A stretch of DNA of 64,000 nucleotides from an uncultured Bacilli bacterium (GCA_934167885.1 CAKPMB010000001.1:16615-80614), one strand, 5' to 3'; positions 11,636 through 22,978 are shown, counted from the stretch's first letter. Program-made: numbers and translations. The notes: generated by a model from the sequence alone, not told the origin.

Positions 11636-11678
11636 TTAACAGTTTTAGACAAAAAAAATACTAATTATATAGTATCTT

Positions 11679-13364
11679 TTATTGCTCAATAATTCTCTCA
11701 ATATACTCTTCTAAGTCAGAAAGACGAATATCTACACTCTCAGGATCTTTTCTTAATTTAACCTCAACCATATCATTTTCTAACTTTTTACCAACAGTAA
11801 TTCTAATAGGTATACCAATTAAATCCATATCATTAAACTTAACGCCTAAACGTTCATTACGGTCATCTAATAATGTATCAATTCCCTTATTTTCAAGATT
11901 TTTATAAATATTTTCAGCTTTTAAAACGATAGCTTCATCCTTCATATTAGCAGGAACAATACAAACCTTATATGGAGCTATTGCCATAGGGAAAATAATA
12001 CCCTTTTCATCATTATTTTGTTCAACAACACTTGCCATAATGCGGCCTAGACCAATACCATAACAACCCATAGTTACGTATTGAGGCTTATTAAATTCAT
12101 CTAAATACGTTAAGCCTAAACCCTTAGCATATTTCGTTCCAAGTTTAAAAGTATTACCAATTTCAATACCTTTTTTAAAGTATATTTTACCACCACATTT
12201 TGGACAAATATCATTTTCTAAAACATTTGTAACATCAGCACATATATCATATTTAAAATCTTTTATATTAGCATTTATATAATGATATCCTTCTTTATTC
12301 GCACCAACAACGAAATTCTTCATTAAAGCAACTTCTGAATCAATAACAATTTCACAGTTTAAACCAATAGGGCCAGTAAAACCACATACAGCATTACTTC
12401 CAGCAATTAAATTATCATCCGCAAAAGATATTTCAGAAACATTAAATAATGAACATACCTTTGTTTCATTTAATTCACGGTCTCCTCTTATAAAGAAAGT
12501 CACAAGTTTATTATCAACATTCATCATCATCGCTTTAACGGTCTTCTCTATTGGAACATGTAAATAATCTTTTACTTCTTCAATACTCATACAATTTGGT
12601 GTTTCAACTAATTCTAAAGTTTTTTCATCCTCCAAAACAGCTTGTTTTTTTGACTCAGCGATATCAATATTAGAAGCATAATCACATGAATCACATAAAA
12701 CTAAAACATCTTCACCAAGATCAGTTAACGCTTGAAATTCTTCAGATAATGTGCCACCCATAGCACCTGTTGATGAACGAACTATTTTATAATTAACACC
12801 TATTCTATCAAATATTTTCTTATAAGCATTAAACATTTTTTGATATGATTCTTCTAGACTTTCTTCATCCTTATCAAAAGAATAAGCATCTTTCATAAAA
12901 AACTCTTTTACACGCACTAAACCATATCTAGCACGTGGTTCATCACGAAATTTATCAGCTGATTGATATAATGTAAATGGTAAGTCTTTATAACTTTTTA
13001 CCATACTTTTAGCAGCAATTGTAAATAATTCCTCATGGGTTGGACCTAAAACCATTGGACGGTTATTTCTATCCGTTAGCTTAAAGACACTACTTCCAAA
13101 AATCTTAACACGACCACATGTTTCATATATCTCTTGAGGAACTAATGATGGCATCAATAATTCTTGTGCCCCTGTTTTATTCATCTCATCTTTAACAATG
13201 TCTTGAATTTTAGAGAAAACACGTAATCCCATTGGAAGATACATATATATACCTGCACCAACTTTTTTAATCATACCACTTCTTACTAACAAATTACCCG
13301 AACGTGAATCTTCATCTTTAACATCTTCACGTAATGTCCAAAAATAACTATTTTTTAATTTCAT
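11679..13364 (-). CDS. proS: Prolyl-tRNA synthetase, bacterial type with editing domain
   Basis: The 561-aa product (MKLKNSYFWTLRED...) has class II aaRS motifs, an INS editing domain and a C-terminal anticodon-binding domain. GGAGGA RBS before the MKLKN start. Confidence 0.9.
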   Translation of the reverse strand: MKLKNSYFWTLREDVKDEDSRSGNLLVRSGMIKKVGAGIYMYLPMGLRVFSKIQDIVKDEMNKTGAQELLMPSLVPQEIYETCGRVKIFGSSVFKLTDRNNRPMVLGPTHEELFTIAAKSMVKSYKDLPFTLYQSADKFRDEPRARYGLVRVKEFFMKDAYSFDKDEESLEESYQKMFNAYKKIFDRIGVNYKIVRSSTGAMGGTLSEEFQALTDLGEDVLVLCDSCDYASNIDIAESKKQAVLEDEKTLELVETPNCMSIEEVKDYLHVPIEKTVKAMMMNVDNKLVTFFIRGDRELNETKVCSLFNVSEISFADDNLIAGSNAVCGFTGPIGLNCEIVIDSEVALMKNFVVGANKEGYHYINANIKDFKYDICADVTNVLENDICPKCGGKIYFKKGIEIGNTFKLGTKYAKGLGLTYLDEFNKPQYVTMGCYGIGLGRIMASVVEQNNDEKGIIFPMAIAPYKVCIVPANMKDEAIVLKAENIYKNLENKGIDTLLDDRNERLGVKFNDMDLIGIPIRITVGKKLENDMVEVKLRKDPESVDIRLSDLEEYIERIIEQ

Positions 13365-13483
13365 ACATTCCTCCATATACAAAATAACGATAAACTATTA
13401 TCAATAGATATCGTTATAAATTTCATCTTCAAAAGATAATAAACGCTCATAACATACCACAAAAAGTATAATAAATCAAGTAA

Positions 13484-14029
13484 TTAATGGGTTTTAGATA
13501 ATACCTTAATTAAAATATTATTTGGATCATCGAACTCTTTTATACCATTTAAGCCAAAAATATCACCTTTATTACTTGTCATATTATTTAATTCATTATA
13601 ATACTCCCAAACTTCTTCATCAATCATTTTTTTAATTTCTAATCGTTCTCTTTTTTTAGCGAGCATTAAATCATTATAACAATAAAAGAATTCATTTAAA
13701 ACTTCAATACGATAAGCTAAATAATATATTTCCTCATACATCTCATCAGCAATAGGAGCCTTACTTTTATTAATAATTTTAAATAACCTTTGATATTCAT
13801 TATATGCTTCTTTACAAAACAGGTCGTAAAAATTTAACTTTTTATGAGCCTTCTCTGTTAAAATAGCTCCATTATCAATGGTTAAAGATCCACCATCCCG
13901 TTTTTCAACAATATGATGAAAGGTGTAAGGATTATCCTCAGTCATCCGATACCCCATCCAATCAATACCATTTGGTTTAAATATTTGTATCATTTCACTT
14001 AATTTTTTATGAGCTCTCGTTTCTTTCAT
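13484..14029 (-). CDS. HNH-motif protein with a C-terminal helical extension
   Basis: YTFHHIVEKRDGGSLTIDNGAILTEKAHKKL fits the HNH beta-beta-alpha metal-finger pattern (HH...GG...N...H). The remaining 100 residues are uncharacterised. Confidence 0.55.
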   Translation of the reverse strand: MKETRAHKKLSEMIQIFKPNGIDWMGYRMTEDNPYTFHHIVEKRDGGSLTIDNGAILTEKAHKKLNFYDLFCKEAYNEYQRLFKIINKSKAPIADEMYEEIYYLAYRIEVLNEFFYCYNDLMLAKKRERLEIKKMIDEEVWEYYNELNNMTSNKGDIFGLNGIKEFDDPNNILIKVLSKTH

Positions 14030-14042
14030 TTAACATATCCCT

Positions 14043-14759
14043 TTATATTTTATTAATCTTACTAATTAATTGACAAAACTTTATTGAATTTAAAGATTCT
14101 CCACCAACCAGGTAACCATCAATACTATTAATTTTTAAAAGTTCATCAATATTTTTTAAACTAACACTTCCACCATACAAAACTTTTATGTTAAATCGAT
14201 ACTTATTATATACATATTCTTTAATAAATTTTACAATATCATCTATTTCGTCTATACACGGTATGATACCACTACCTATCGCCCATATGGGTTCATAAGC
14301 AATATATAAATTATTTATATTCAAAACACCCTCTAGGGCCTCATCTATTTCATGCATTAAAATGTTTTTAGTTTGGGCATTATTATAGTCATTTTGATTT
14401 TCACCAATACAAAGTATGGGAACAAGACCATTATCACAACACATTTTTATTTTTTTGCTAACATACCTGTTATCATTATAAAACTTTCTTCTTTCTGAAT
14501 GTCCAATAATTGCATAAGTTACACCAATACTCTTTAATTGTCTTGCCGAAACATCTCCTGTATATGGACCACCTTCTTCCATTGAAATATCTTGACTTCC
14601 AACTGTATAACCTCTATTTATAAATTCGCTTAAATATATATGTGGCGGACAAAAAACAACATTTGAAAAGGTCATTTTACTATCATTAAGACTATCTAAG
14701 TATAATAATATATCATCTTTTAATAAATTCATTTTAAAATTACCAACAACTAACTTCAT
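14043..14759 (-). CDS. tpiA: Triosephosphate isomerase
   Basis: VVGNFKMN near the N-terminus, and the catalytic-loop sequence AYEPIWAIGSG. Confidence 0.9.
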   Translation of the reverse strand: MKLVVGNFKMNLLKDDILLYLDSLNDSKMTFSNVVFCPPHIYLSEFINRGYTVGSQDISMEEGGPYTGDVSARQLKSIGVTYAIIGHSERRKFYNDNRYVSKKIKMCCDNGLVPILCIGENQNDYNNAQTKNILMHEIDEALEGVLNINNLYIAYEPIWAIGSGIIPCIDEIDDIVKFIKEYVYNKYRFNIKVLYGGSVSLKNIDELLKINSIDGYLVGGESLNSIKFCQLISKINKI

Positions 14760-15901
14760 TTCTCCTCCGTAAGCATATCAAGAACTAACTTATAAATTTT
14801 TTTAGTTGAATCATTTTCCTTATAATTAGTTAAATTATAATTAAATCTATCAATTATTTCAGGATGATGATATAATTTATAAACCATTTTTTGAGTTTTT
14901 TTAGGGTTATGGCAATATACACCAAAACCATTTCTTTTAACAAATTTAGCATTATAATTTTCTTGACCACCATTTCCGGGAATTAGAAGTAATGGTTTTT
15001 TCATTTCCAATGCTTCAGTTAAATTAAGGCCGCCTGGTTTTGTAATAATTAAATTAGAAATCGCCATTAAGCGTGATATATCCATAGTATATCCTAATAC
15101 TTTAACATTCTTATAATCACGAACCTTTACTAAATATTCTACTTTACCTTTTAATAATTCGTTTTTACCAGCTACAAATATTATATTAACATCCAAACGC
15201 AGTTCTAAAACATTTTTTAAAAAATTATAGCTAAAACTAGAGCCATGTGTGCCACCACCAAAAAATAAATAAACCGGTTTACGATTAGTAATTCCATATT
15301 CATTCTTAATTTCTTTCTTGTTAAAATCCACTACTTTAAACTTATCAGATAACGGAATACCATAAGCATAAATAATGCTTGGTTTAATTTTATCCTTAAT
15401 TAATTGTCTTTTTACAACTTCATTACTAACGATATAAGCTTCACTCTTGTTTTTATTTTTTATCCACATTTGATGTGATATATAGTCAGTAAGAATTGTT
15501 ATTATTTTAGTATTTAAATTATACTTAGTTTTAATAATATCCATCATGATACTAGCGAAAAAGTGTGATGAAATTAATATATCAGGATTATAATCAACTA
15601 TTAAATCCTCTAATTGATCAGTAAAAAGTGTCCTTGTAATAAATTTATAAGGAATAGTTGTAAGACGATGATCAAAGAATTCATAAACAACATTAAAAGG
15701 AATATTACTGCGAAATTCAAAATTTTTATTAAATAAATTTATCGACATGTCTCCTAATTTATTACTATAATCCATAATATTAACAATTTTTACTTCTAAA
15801 TTAGGATTTTCCTGTTCCCTAAAATAATTATATAAATATTCTGCAACCATTTTGTGGCCTGATCCATATGTTGCATAAGCAATTAATATTTTTTTTGACA
15901 T
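14756..15901 (-). CDS. ugtP: MGDG-synthase-like (UgtP-type) diacylglycerol glycosyltransferase
   Basis: MSKKILIAYATYGSGHKMVAEYL resembles the UgtP/YpfP N-terminus. GT-B C-terminal half. About 380 aa. GAGGT RBS. It overlaps tpiA by 4 nt and starts 2 nt after the pgk stop. Confidence 0.7.
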   Translation of the reverse strand: MSKKILIAYATYGSGHKMVAEYLYNYFREQENPNLEVKIVNIMDYSNKLGDMSINLFNKNFEFRSNIPFNVVYEFFDHRLTTIPYKFITRTLFTDQLEDLIVDYNPDILISSHFFASIMMDIIKTKYNLNTKIITILTDYISHQMWIKNKNKSEAYIVSNEVVKRQLIKDKIKPSIIYAYGIPLSDKFKVVDFNKKEIKNEYGITNRKPVYLFFGGGTHGSSFSYNFLKNVLELRLDVNIIFVAGKNELLKGKVEYLVKVRDYKNVKVLGYTMDISRLMAISNLIITKPGGLNLTEALEMKKPLLLIPGNGGQENYNAKFVKRNGFGVYCHNPKKTQKMVYKLYHHPEIIDRFNYNLTNYKENDSTKKIYKLVLDMLTEEK

Positions 15902-15902
15902 A

Positions 15903-17063
15903 TTAACCTCGCATATATTTAACAAAAGACATTTCTTTTCCTTCTAGTAGGGAAATAGTAGCGCCACCACCTGTTGAAACATGCGTAAATTTATCTTTAT
16001 ATCCCATGTTTATTACGCAAGATGAGGTATCACCACCTCCAACAATGGATATTTTATCTTTTGATGCAATAGATTCGCATATAGCTCTTGTGCCATTGTC
16101 ATATGGTTTCTTTTCAAAATAACCGAGAGGACCATTCCATATAATCGTCTTACTTAAATTAATATATTTTTTAAATAATTCAATAGTTTTAGGGCCAATA
16201 TCATAACCAATATCATCTTTGGTCATTTCTTCTTTAACTAGAATATCACCATTTGAAGTCTGACATACATTATCAATTGGTAAGATTATTTTATTCGTCT
16301 TTTTTAATAAATTTTGGCAATATGCAATATTATCATTATCAACAAGCGATGATCCAACTTCTTGGCCTTTAGCTTTAAGGAAAGTATAGGCCATACCACC
16401 ACCAATTAAAATGTAATCACATTTGTCTATTAAATTATCAATAAGACCAATTTTATCACTTACCTTAGCACCACCTAAAATTAACGTCCAAGGTCTTACT
16501 GGATTGTTAATAACATCATATATATTTTTAATTTCTTTTTCAATTAAAAAACCAATACCACTAGGTAAATACTTTGTTATACCAGCATTTGATGCATGTT
16601 CACGATGACTAGTGCCAAAAGCATCATTAATAAAAATATCTCCTAAGCTAGCCCAATATTTCCCAAGCTCATCATCGTTACTACTTTCTTTTTTACCATT
16701 TAAATCTTCAAAGCGAGTATTTTCTAATAAGATAACATCACCACTTTGCATCTCATTAATGGCATTTTCTACATTTATTCCTCTTGTAAAAGGAACAAAT
16801 ACCACATTTTTATGAAGTAATTCACTTAATCTATCCGCTACGGGTTTTAAAGTATATTTAATTTTATCACTTTCATCCTTAACTCTTCCAAGATGTGATA
16901 AAAGAATAACCTTAGCTTTATGATTAAGAGCATAGTTAATTGTCTCAATTGACTCTTTTATCCGATTATCATCACTAATAACCCCATTTTCAATAGGAAC
17001 ATTAAAATCAACTCTTATAATTACTTTTTTATTTTCTAAATCAAAATCCTTTATTGTTTTCAT
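15903..17063 (-). CDS. pgk: Phosphoglycerate kinase
   Basis: MKTIKDFDLENKKVIIRVDFNVP...GGGASLE-like C-terminus. A full-length PGK. Confidence 0.9.
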   Translation of the reverse strand: MKTIKDFDLENKKVIIRVDFNVPIENGVISDDNRIKESIETINYALNHKAKVILLSHLGRVKDESDKIKYTLKPVADRLSELLHKNVVFVPFTRGINVENAINEMQSGDVILLENTRFEDLNGKKESSNDDELGKYWASLGDIFINDAFGTSHREHASNAGITKYLPSGIGFLIEKEIKNIYDVINNPVRPWTLILGGAKVSDKIGLIDNLIDKCDYILIGGGMAYTFLKAKGQEVGSSLVDNDNIAYCQNLLKKTNKIILPIDNVCQTSNGDILVKEEMTKDDIGYDIGPKTIELFKKYINLSKTIIWNGPLGYFEKKPYDNGTRAICESIASKDKISIVGGGDTSSCVINMGYKDKFTHVSTGGGATISLLEGKEMSFVKYMRG

Positions 17064-17153
17064 ATTATCTCCATTTTGATTATAACATTTTTTATTTAAT
17101 TAGAAAATAACTTTACTAAAATAATAAAAAAGCAGATAAATAAATTTTACCTG

Positions 17154-18587
17154 TTATTTCTTTAACATTTCTAAGTAAATTGATAATTGTTCTAACATTA
17201 CATCAACTGGTGTATAATTTTCTAGTGTTAAAATGTTTTCTAATATATTTTTAGAAAAACCACTTATCATAGCCACATCATTATCAAATTTAGTTGCAGG
17301 AACCCCATTCGTTCTTCCTGCTACATTCCAAAAAATAATTTTTGGTAATTTATAACCGGCTTCCTCAAACGCCCGGTGCCAACCATCTAAATTAGTGCCA
17401 TTTTCTGAATAAATACCTTTGTCAAACTCCATATCCGATATAATAATTAAATGACTTGGCATTTCTTTTTGATTTATATCATTTTCAAGAGCAGTCCTAA
17501 GTATTAACTCAAATGCCTTATCTATATCAGTATTGGCAATATAGCATGGAATATTACTTACTTTTTCGCTTATAGTTTTTCCTTTAACCTCACACAAATA
17601 TGGTTTATCAGAAAATACAATAAAATGATTTTTAAAAAGACCATTATTTCTTTCAGCCGTATATAAAGCAAGACCTACTGATGTAGCAAATGGAATACCT
17701 CCATAACATGTCATTGAACTCGAAGTATCAGCAATAACCAAAACATTAGTGGAACATCCTTTTAATATATCCTTCTGATTATTCCACATTAAATCATATA
17801 ATTCATCATCTACCTTGGCATCATTATATATTTTTTTAACGATTTCATACGCAAATAATCCTTCAGTATTAATTTTAGCTGTGCCTTTTGATATTTGCCT
17901 TTTATATTCCAAATATTTTATAGGCATTCTTTTCATATAAGCATTAGTATACTTTAATAAGGCTTTAGTTGGAACATTGTTAAAATTAATATTTTCATAC
18001 TTTTTATCAGTTAAATTTTTTTCTACTATATTCAATCTACTTCTTAATTTTGACAAAGTCTTTCTATATTCTTTTTCTGTCATATTTAAACCTATCATAA
18101 TTTTTTTGGCAAAAACATTATTAATACCATGAGTTCTATGACTTGGTAACCATTTAGCCAGTAATGAAGGATAGGTTGAATTAATATCAGCATTTAATTG
18201 TTCTTTTATTAAGAATATTACATCATCATTTATAGGTGTATCTAATCCTACTAAAATATAATCAAATCTCCCTAATTCAGGAATAAATGGTAACACTCTT
18301 AAAGCACATGAAGGATAATTTATACATAATTCTTTAAAAATAATTTTAAATATTCTTCTTTCACCTTTGCCATTCCTAATATCCAATATATATAACAAGT
18401 TAGCGAGTGCTAAATCCTCATTTTCAAATAAAGCATTTTTAAATAACTTAATTATCTCATCAGAAGAATTATATCTACTAATCATAGTAAAAACATCTAA
18501 ATTACTGTTATAGGTTGTCATATAATATTTAGAACCCTTAGTATTAGTTATTATGCTATTCTTTTTCATACCATCTAACAAATTCAT
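17154..18587 (-). CDS. DUF2828-like protein with a C-terminal vWA domain
   Basis: About 477 aa. The C-terminal half carries a MIDAS-type motif VLVIADTSSSM (DxSxS). The architecture resembles the DUF2828 (PF11443) phage/bacterial family. GGAGG RBS before the MNLLDG start. Confidence 0.55.
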   Translation of the reverse strand: MNLLDGMKKNSIITNTKGSKYYMTTYNSNLDVFTMISRYNSSDEIIKLFKNALFENEDLALANLLYILDIRNGKGERRIFKIIFKELCINYPSCALRVLPFIPELGRFDYILVGLDTPINDDVIFLIKEQLNADINSTYPSLLAKWLPSHRTHGINNVFAKKIMIGLNMTEKEYRKTLSKLRSRLNIVEKNLTDKKYENINFNNVPTKALLKYTNAYMKRMPIKYLEYKRQISKGTAKINTEGLFAYEIVKKIYNDAKVDDELYDLMWNNQKDILKGCSTNVLVIADTSSSMTCYGGIPFATSVGLALYTAERNNGLFKNHFIVFSDKPYLCEVKGKTISEKVSNIPCYIANTDIDKAFELILRTALENDINQKEMPSHLIIISDMEFDKGIYSENGTNLDGWHRAFEEAGYKLPKIIFWNVAGRTNGVPATKFDNDVAMISGFSKNILENILTLENYTPVDVMLEQLSIYLEMLKK

Positions 18588-18742
18588 AGATATAACCTCC
18601 AATTATAAAACTACAAGACACATATTTTTTTAATTTATCATTAATTATTTATAATGCTGTAAGTGTCTTTCTCATATTAACTATATTCATTATATAATAC
18701 ATAAAATAGCGAATGGTCACTTAAAAAGCGACAAAAAAACAC

Positions 18743-19111
18743 CTACAATGAGGCGCTACAAAAAGTGTATAGATAATCGTTTACTTGATTTAAATTGTAA
18801 ACTTTATTTTCTAAGCAGTAAGCAATAACTTGATCAAATTTGCTATTACTTAAAGAATATCCAGCTGAATTTAATAGTTTATTAAAGTCATTTCTTTCTA
18901 ATCCTAAAGCTAAGCATAGTTTGATAATTACATTCTTACGAGGAATATAATCGTTATTACATCTTATCTTAGAAAATAACTTTCTATCTATATCTCCTTT
19001 TTTATAAATCTCAGAATCTTTATGGCCACTCTTATCAATAAACGAAAAAAGTATTTCATTAAAACTCCTTGATTCAATGCGATTTAAATAGTCTTTACAA
19101 CTTTCTTTCAT
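18743..19111 (-). CDS. Small XRE-like helix-turn-helix protein (tentative)
   Basis: 122 aa. The segment SEIYKKGDIDRKLFSKIR...PRKNVIIKLCLALGLERNDFNKLLNSAGY fits the XRE-family HTH pattern. Confidence 0.35.
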   Translation of the reverse strand: MKESCKDYLNRIESRSFNEILFSFIDKSGHKDSEIYKKGDIDRKLFSKIRCNNDYIPRKNVIIKLCLALGLERNDFNKLLNSAGYSLSNSKFDQVIAYCLENKVYNLNQVNDYLYTFCSASL

Positions 19112-19301
19112 ATGAACCTCCTAACACCAAATATTTCATTTTCTCACAACCTAAATTGTGCATTCCTTAATCATAAGGTAGCATTCCCTACAATCTTCTA
19201 ATAGGACACATTTCATATAAAATTTTATTTAAATCGCAGAGTATGATTTCTCAAACTCGCCATTAATATATCACTTTTTTTTAAAAATTGCAATTCTATA
19301 C

Positions 19302-19329
19302 AAAAAAAGGATAAACAACGTTATCCTTT
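19302..19329 (-). terminator. Rho-independent terminator of rpoC
   Basis: On the minus strand a stem AAAGGATAA/TTATCCTTT with loop CGTTGT overlaps the rpoC stop codon and is followed by a U7 run. Confidence 0.6.
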
Positions 19330-22300
19330 ATTCCATAAATTCATTTTCAAATGCTTCTAATGGTTCATCAGGAGCAAATTGATTTGCTAAATCATAATCA
19401 ATATTTTGATATGCTTTAATACCTGTTCCAGCAGGAATTAACTTACCAATAATAACATTCTCTTTTAATCCTTGTAAATGATCTACTTTTCCACGAATAG
19501 CAGCATCTGTTAAGATTCTTGTTGTTTCTTGGAATGAAGCAGCTGATAAGAATGAATCAGTTTCAAGAGATGCTTTAGTAATACCAAATAATACTGGTCT
19601 TCCTGTAGCAGGACGTTTTCCTTCAATAATAACTTGTTTATTACCATCTGTAAATTCAAAGAAATTTACTAATGAACCTGGTAATAATGTTGTATCTCCA
19701 GAATCAATTATTCTAATCTTACTAATCATACGACGAGCAATTACTTCAACGTGTTTATCACTAATTTCAACACCTTGACTACGATAAGCATTTTGAACTT
19801 CTTTTAAGATATATTCTTGAGTTGTTAATGGATCAGTTACAGTTAATAATTCTTTTGGACTAATAGCACCTTCTGTTAACTTATCACCAGGATTTACCAT
19901 ATCACCCTTGCTAACTTTAAGTTTAGCACCATAGTTAGTAATATGTTCCTTAGTTTCAACATCATTTTCAATACTTATCTTAAATTTACCATGATCTTCA
20001 ACAATCTTAGTTACTTTTCCACTAATTTCAGCAATAGTTGCTTTTCCTTTTGGAATACGAGCTTCAAATAACTCTTGAACTCTTGGAAGACCTTGTGTAA
20101 TATCTTCACCACCGGCAACACCACCAGTATGGAATGTTCTCATTGTTAGCTGTGTTCCTGGTTCACCGATAGATTGAGCAGCCATAACACCAATTGCTTC
20201 ACCAACTTCAACTAAGTTACCAGTAGCTAAGTTACGTCCATAACATTTAACACAAACACCATGATGAGTATTACATGTTAAAATGCTTCGTATTTCAACT
20301 TCTGTAATTCCAGCATCAACAATTTTTTCAGCAATTGACTCAGTTATTAATTCACCTTTGTCAACTAAAACTTTATCATTATTAGGGTTAACAACCTTCT
20401 TATTGGCATAACGACCAACAATACGATCGTATAATTTTTCAATTACAGAACCATTCTTATCATTAACGAATGCACGAACAACAACACCTTGATCTGTTCC
20501 ACAATCTTCTTCTTTGACAATAATATCTTGTGATACATCAACAAGACGACGTGTTAAGTATCCAGAATCAGCTGTCTTTAAAGCCGTATCGGCACTACCT
20601 TTACGAGCACCATGGGTTGATAAGAAGAATTCAGCTACTGATAATCCTTCCCTAAAGTTAGAAGTAACTGGGATTTCAACTGGCTCACCATTTGGTTTAG
20701 CCATAAGTCCACGCATACCAGCAAGTTGCGTAAAGTTAGAAATGTTACCACGTGCTTTAGAGTTCATCATCATGAATATTGGGTTATCAAGTTCAGTTTT
20801 AGCATAAGTTTCAAGTTCTTTTTGAACTTCATTCTTAGCATTATTCCAAACATCAATAACTTTACCAAAACGTTCTTCTTCTGTAATTAAACCACGGGCA
20901 AATTGTTTATTAATAGTATCAACTAATTTATTACTATCAGCAATAATTTGTGGTTTTTTAACAGATGTTCGAACATCAGCTACTGATACAGTAATACCAG
21001 CAATTGTTGAATATTTAAATCCTAAATCCTTTAATCTATCTAGCATCATTGATGTTTCAGTTGTCTTATAACGTTTAAATGTTTGGGCAATAATGCTTTC
21101 AAGTGTTCCCTTAGCAAATGGTTTTACTAAAGGCATCTTTTTAATTTCTTCCTTAATATCAGCACCCATTGGTAAGAAATACCTATTAGGAGTAATTCTT
21201 GTAATATTTTCATCTGTTGGTTCATTTAAATAAGCAAATGAATCAGGTAAGATTTCATTAAATATTAATTTACCAGGAGTAGTTACTAAGTATTTATCTT
21301 TTTGTTCTTCAATAAACAATTTATGTTTGAATGAACGAACTGGTAAGGCAATACGTGTATGAAGAGTTATTTCTCTTCTATCATATGCCATAATAGCTTC
21401 ATTTGAGTTTTTGAACACACGACCTTCACCATCTAAGCCACTCTTTTCCATTGTTAAATAGTAGTTACCTAATACCATATCTTGAGATGGTGTAACAATT
21501 GGACTTCCGTCTTTTGGATGCAAAATGTTATTAGCACCAAGCATCAATAAACGAGCTTCGGCAATAGCTTCTTCTGATAATGGAACGTGAACAGCCATTT
21601 GGTCACCATCGAAGTCAGCATTAAATGCTGTACAAACTAATGGATGCAAACGAATAGCTTTACCACCAATTAACTTAGGTTCAAATGCTTGAATACCTAA
21701 TCTATGTAATGTAGGGGCACGGTTTAATAGAACTGGATGTTCACGAATAACATCTTCAACAATATCCCAAACTTGTGGATCTTTGTTTTCAATTAAACGT
21801 TTGGCAGCTTTAATGTTGCTACAAATTGGTTCGCCACCATTTTGTTTCTTAGTTGTTAATCCATGAATAACATGTGGTTTAAATAATTCAAGAGCCATTT
21901 CTTTTGGAATACCACATTGATACATTTTTAAATCTGGTCCAACAACGATTACTGAACGTCCTGAATAATCAACACGTTTTCCTAATAAGTTTTGACGGAA
22001 ACGACCTTGTTTACCTTTTAACATTGAAGAAAGTGACTTCAATGGACGATTTCCAGCACCAGTGACACTTCTTCCACGTCTTCCATTGTCAAATAATGAG
22101 TCAACTGCTTCTTGAAGCATACGTTTTTCATTTTGAATAATTATTTGTGGAGCATTTAAATCAATAAGTTTTTTCAAACGATTATTGCGGTTAATAACAC
22201 GACGATATAAATCATTTAAATCACTTGTTGCAAAACGACCACCATCAAGTTGAATCATTGGACGCAATTCAGGTGGAATAACAGGAATACAATCCATAAT

Positions 22301-22978
22301 CATCCATTCAGGGCGGTTATCAGATTTATCAAAAGCATCAAGAACGTCAATACGTTTTAATAAACGAACTCTCTTTTGACCTTGAGCAGTCTCTAATTCT
22401 TTTGTTATTTTCTTAATTTCATCTTTAATATCAACTTTTTTAAGTAATTCTTTAATAGCTTCAGCACCCATTCCTACTGTGAAACCATTGCCATATTTTT
22501 CATAATATGCACGATATTCTTTTTCAGATAATGTTTGCTTATTTTCAAGAGGTGCAATACCTTTATCAATTACAACGTAACTTACAAAGTATAATACCTC
22601 CTCTAAATCACGAGGTGACATATCAAGAACTAATCCCATTCTTGAAGGAACACCTTTAAAATACCATATGTGACTTACAGGTGTTGCAAGTTCAATATGT
22701 CCCATACGTTCACGACGAACTTTAGAACGAGTTACTTCAACACCACATCGGTCACAAACAATATTTTTATAACGAACACGCTTATATTTACCACAAGCAC
22801 ATTCAAAATCCTTTGTAGGTCCAAAGATTTTTTCACAAAATAAACCATCACGTTCAGGTCTTAGAGTTCTATAATTAATAGTTTCAGGCTTTTTTACTTC
22901 ACCATAACTCCAAGATCTTATCATTTCAGGGGATGCAATACCTATTTTTAAGGCATCAAATTTATTTACTTCGATCAT
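19328..22978 (-). CDS. rpoC: DNA-directed RNA polymerase subunit beta'
   Basis: 1216 aa with a zinc-binding CX2C...CX2C N-terminus, NADFDGD at the catalytic site, and a trigger loop. Its start overlaps the rpoB stop (TAATG). Confidence 0.95.
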   Translation of the reverse strand: MIEVNKFDALKIGIASPEMIRSWSYGEVKKPETINYRTLRPERDGLFCEKIFGPTKDFECACGKYKRVRYKNIVCDRCGVEVTRSKVRRERMGHIELATPVSHIWYFKGVPSRMGLVLDMSPRDLEEVLYFVSYVVIDKGIAPLENKQTLSEKEYRAYYEKYGNGFTVGMGAEAIKELLKKVDIKDEIKKITKELETAQGQKRVRLLKRIDVLDAFDKSDNRPEWMIMDCIPVIPPELRPMIQLDGGRFATSDLNDLYRRVINRNNRLKKLIDLNAPQIIIQNEKRMLQEAVDSLFDNGRRGRSVTGAGNRPLKSLSSMLKGKQGRFRQNLLGKRVDYSGRSVIVVGPDLKMYQCGIPKEMALELFKPHVIHGLTTKKQNGGEPICSNIKAAKRLIENKDPQVWDIVEDVIREHPVLLNRAPTLHRLGIQAFEPKLIGGKAIRLHPLVCTAFNADFDGDQMAVHVPLSEEAIAEARLLMLGANNILHPKDGSPIVTPSQDMVLGNYYLTMEKSGLDGEGRVFKNSNEAIMAYDRREITLHTRIALPVRSFKHKLFIEEQKDKYLVTTPGKLIFNEILPDSFAYLNEPTDENITRITPNRYFLPMGADIKEEIKKMPLVKPFAKGTLESIIAQTFKRYKTTETSMMLDRLKDLGFKYSTIAGITVSVADVRTSVKKPQIIADSNKLVDTINKQFARGLITEEERFGKVIDVWNNAKNEVQKELETYAKTELDNPIFMMMNSKARGNISNFTQLAGMRGLMAKPNGEPVEIPVTSNFREGLSVAEFFLSTHGARKGSADTALKTADSGYLTRRLVDVSQDIIVKEEDCGTDQGVVVRAFVNDKNGSVIEKLYDRIVGRYANKKVVNPNNDKVLVDKGELITESIAEKIVDAGITEVEIRSILTCNTHHGVCVKCYGRNLATGNLVEVGEAIGVMAAQSIGEPGTQLTMRTFHTGGVAGGEDITQGLPRVQELFEARIPKGKATIAEISGKVTKIVEDHGKFKISIENDVETKEHITNYGAKLKVSKGDMVNPGDKLTEGAISPKELLTVTDPLTTQEYILKEVQNAYRSQGVEISDKHVEVIARRMISKIRIIDSGDTTLLPGSLVNFFEFTDGNKQVIIEGKRPATGRPVLFGITKASLETDSFLSAASFQETTRILTDAAIRGKVDHLQGLKENVIIGKLIPAGTGIKAYQNIDYDLANQFAPDEPLEAFENEFME

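Noticed and set aside
13365-13483. Possible T-box riboswitch upstream of proS
   Set aside because: The intergenic space is only about 120 nt and the T-box consensus AATTAGGGTGGNACCGCG (or its complement) is absent. Only a simple hairpin plus T-run is present.
20514-20807. 97-aa plus-strand ORF inside rpoC
   Set aside because: Shadow ORF within a highly conserved gene.
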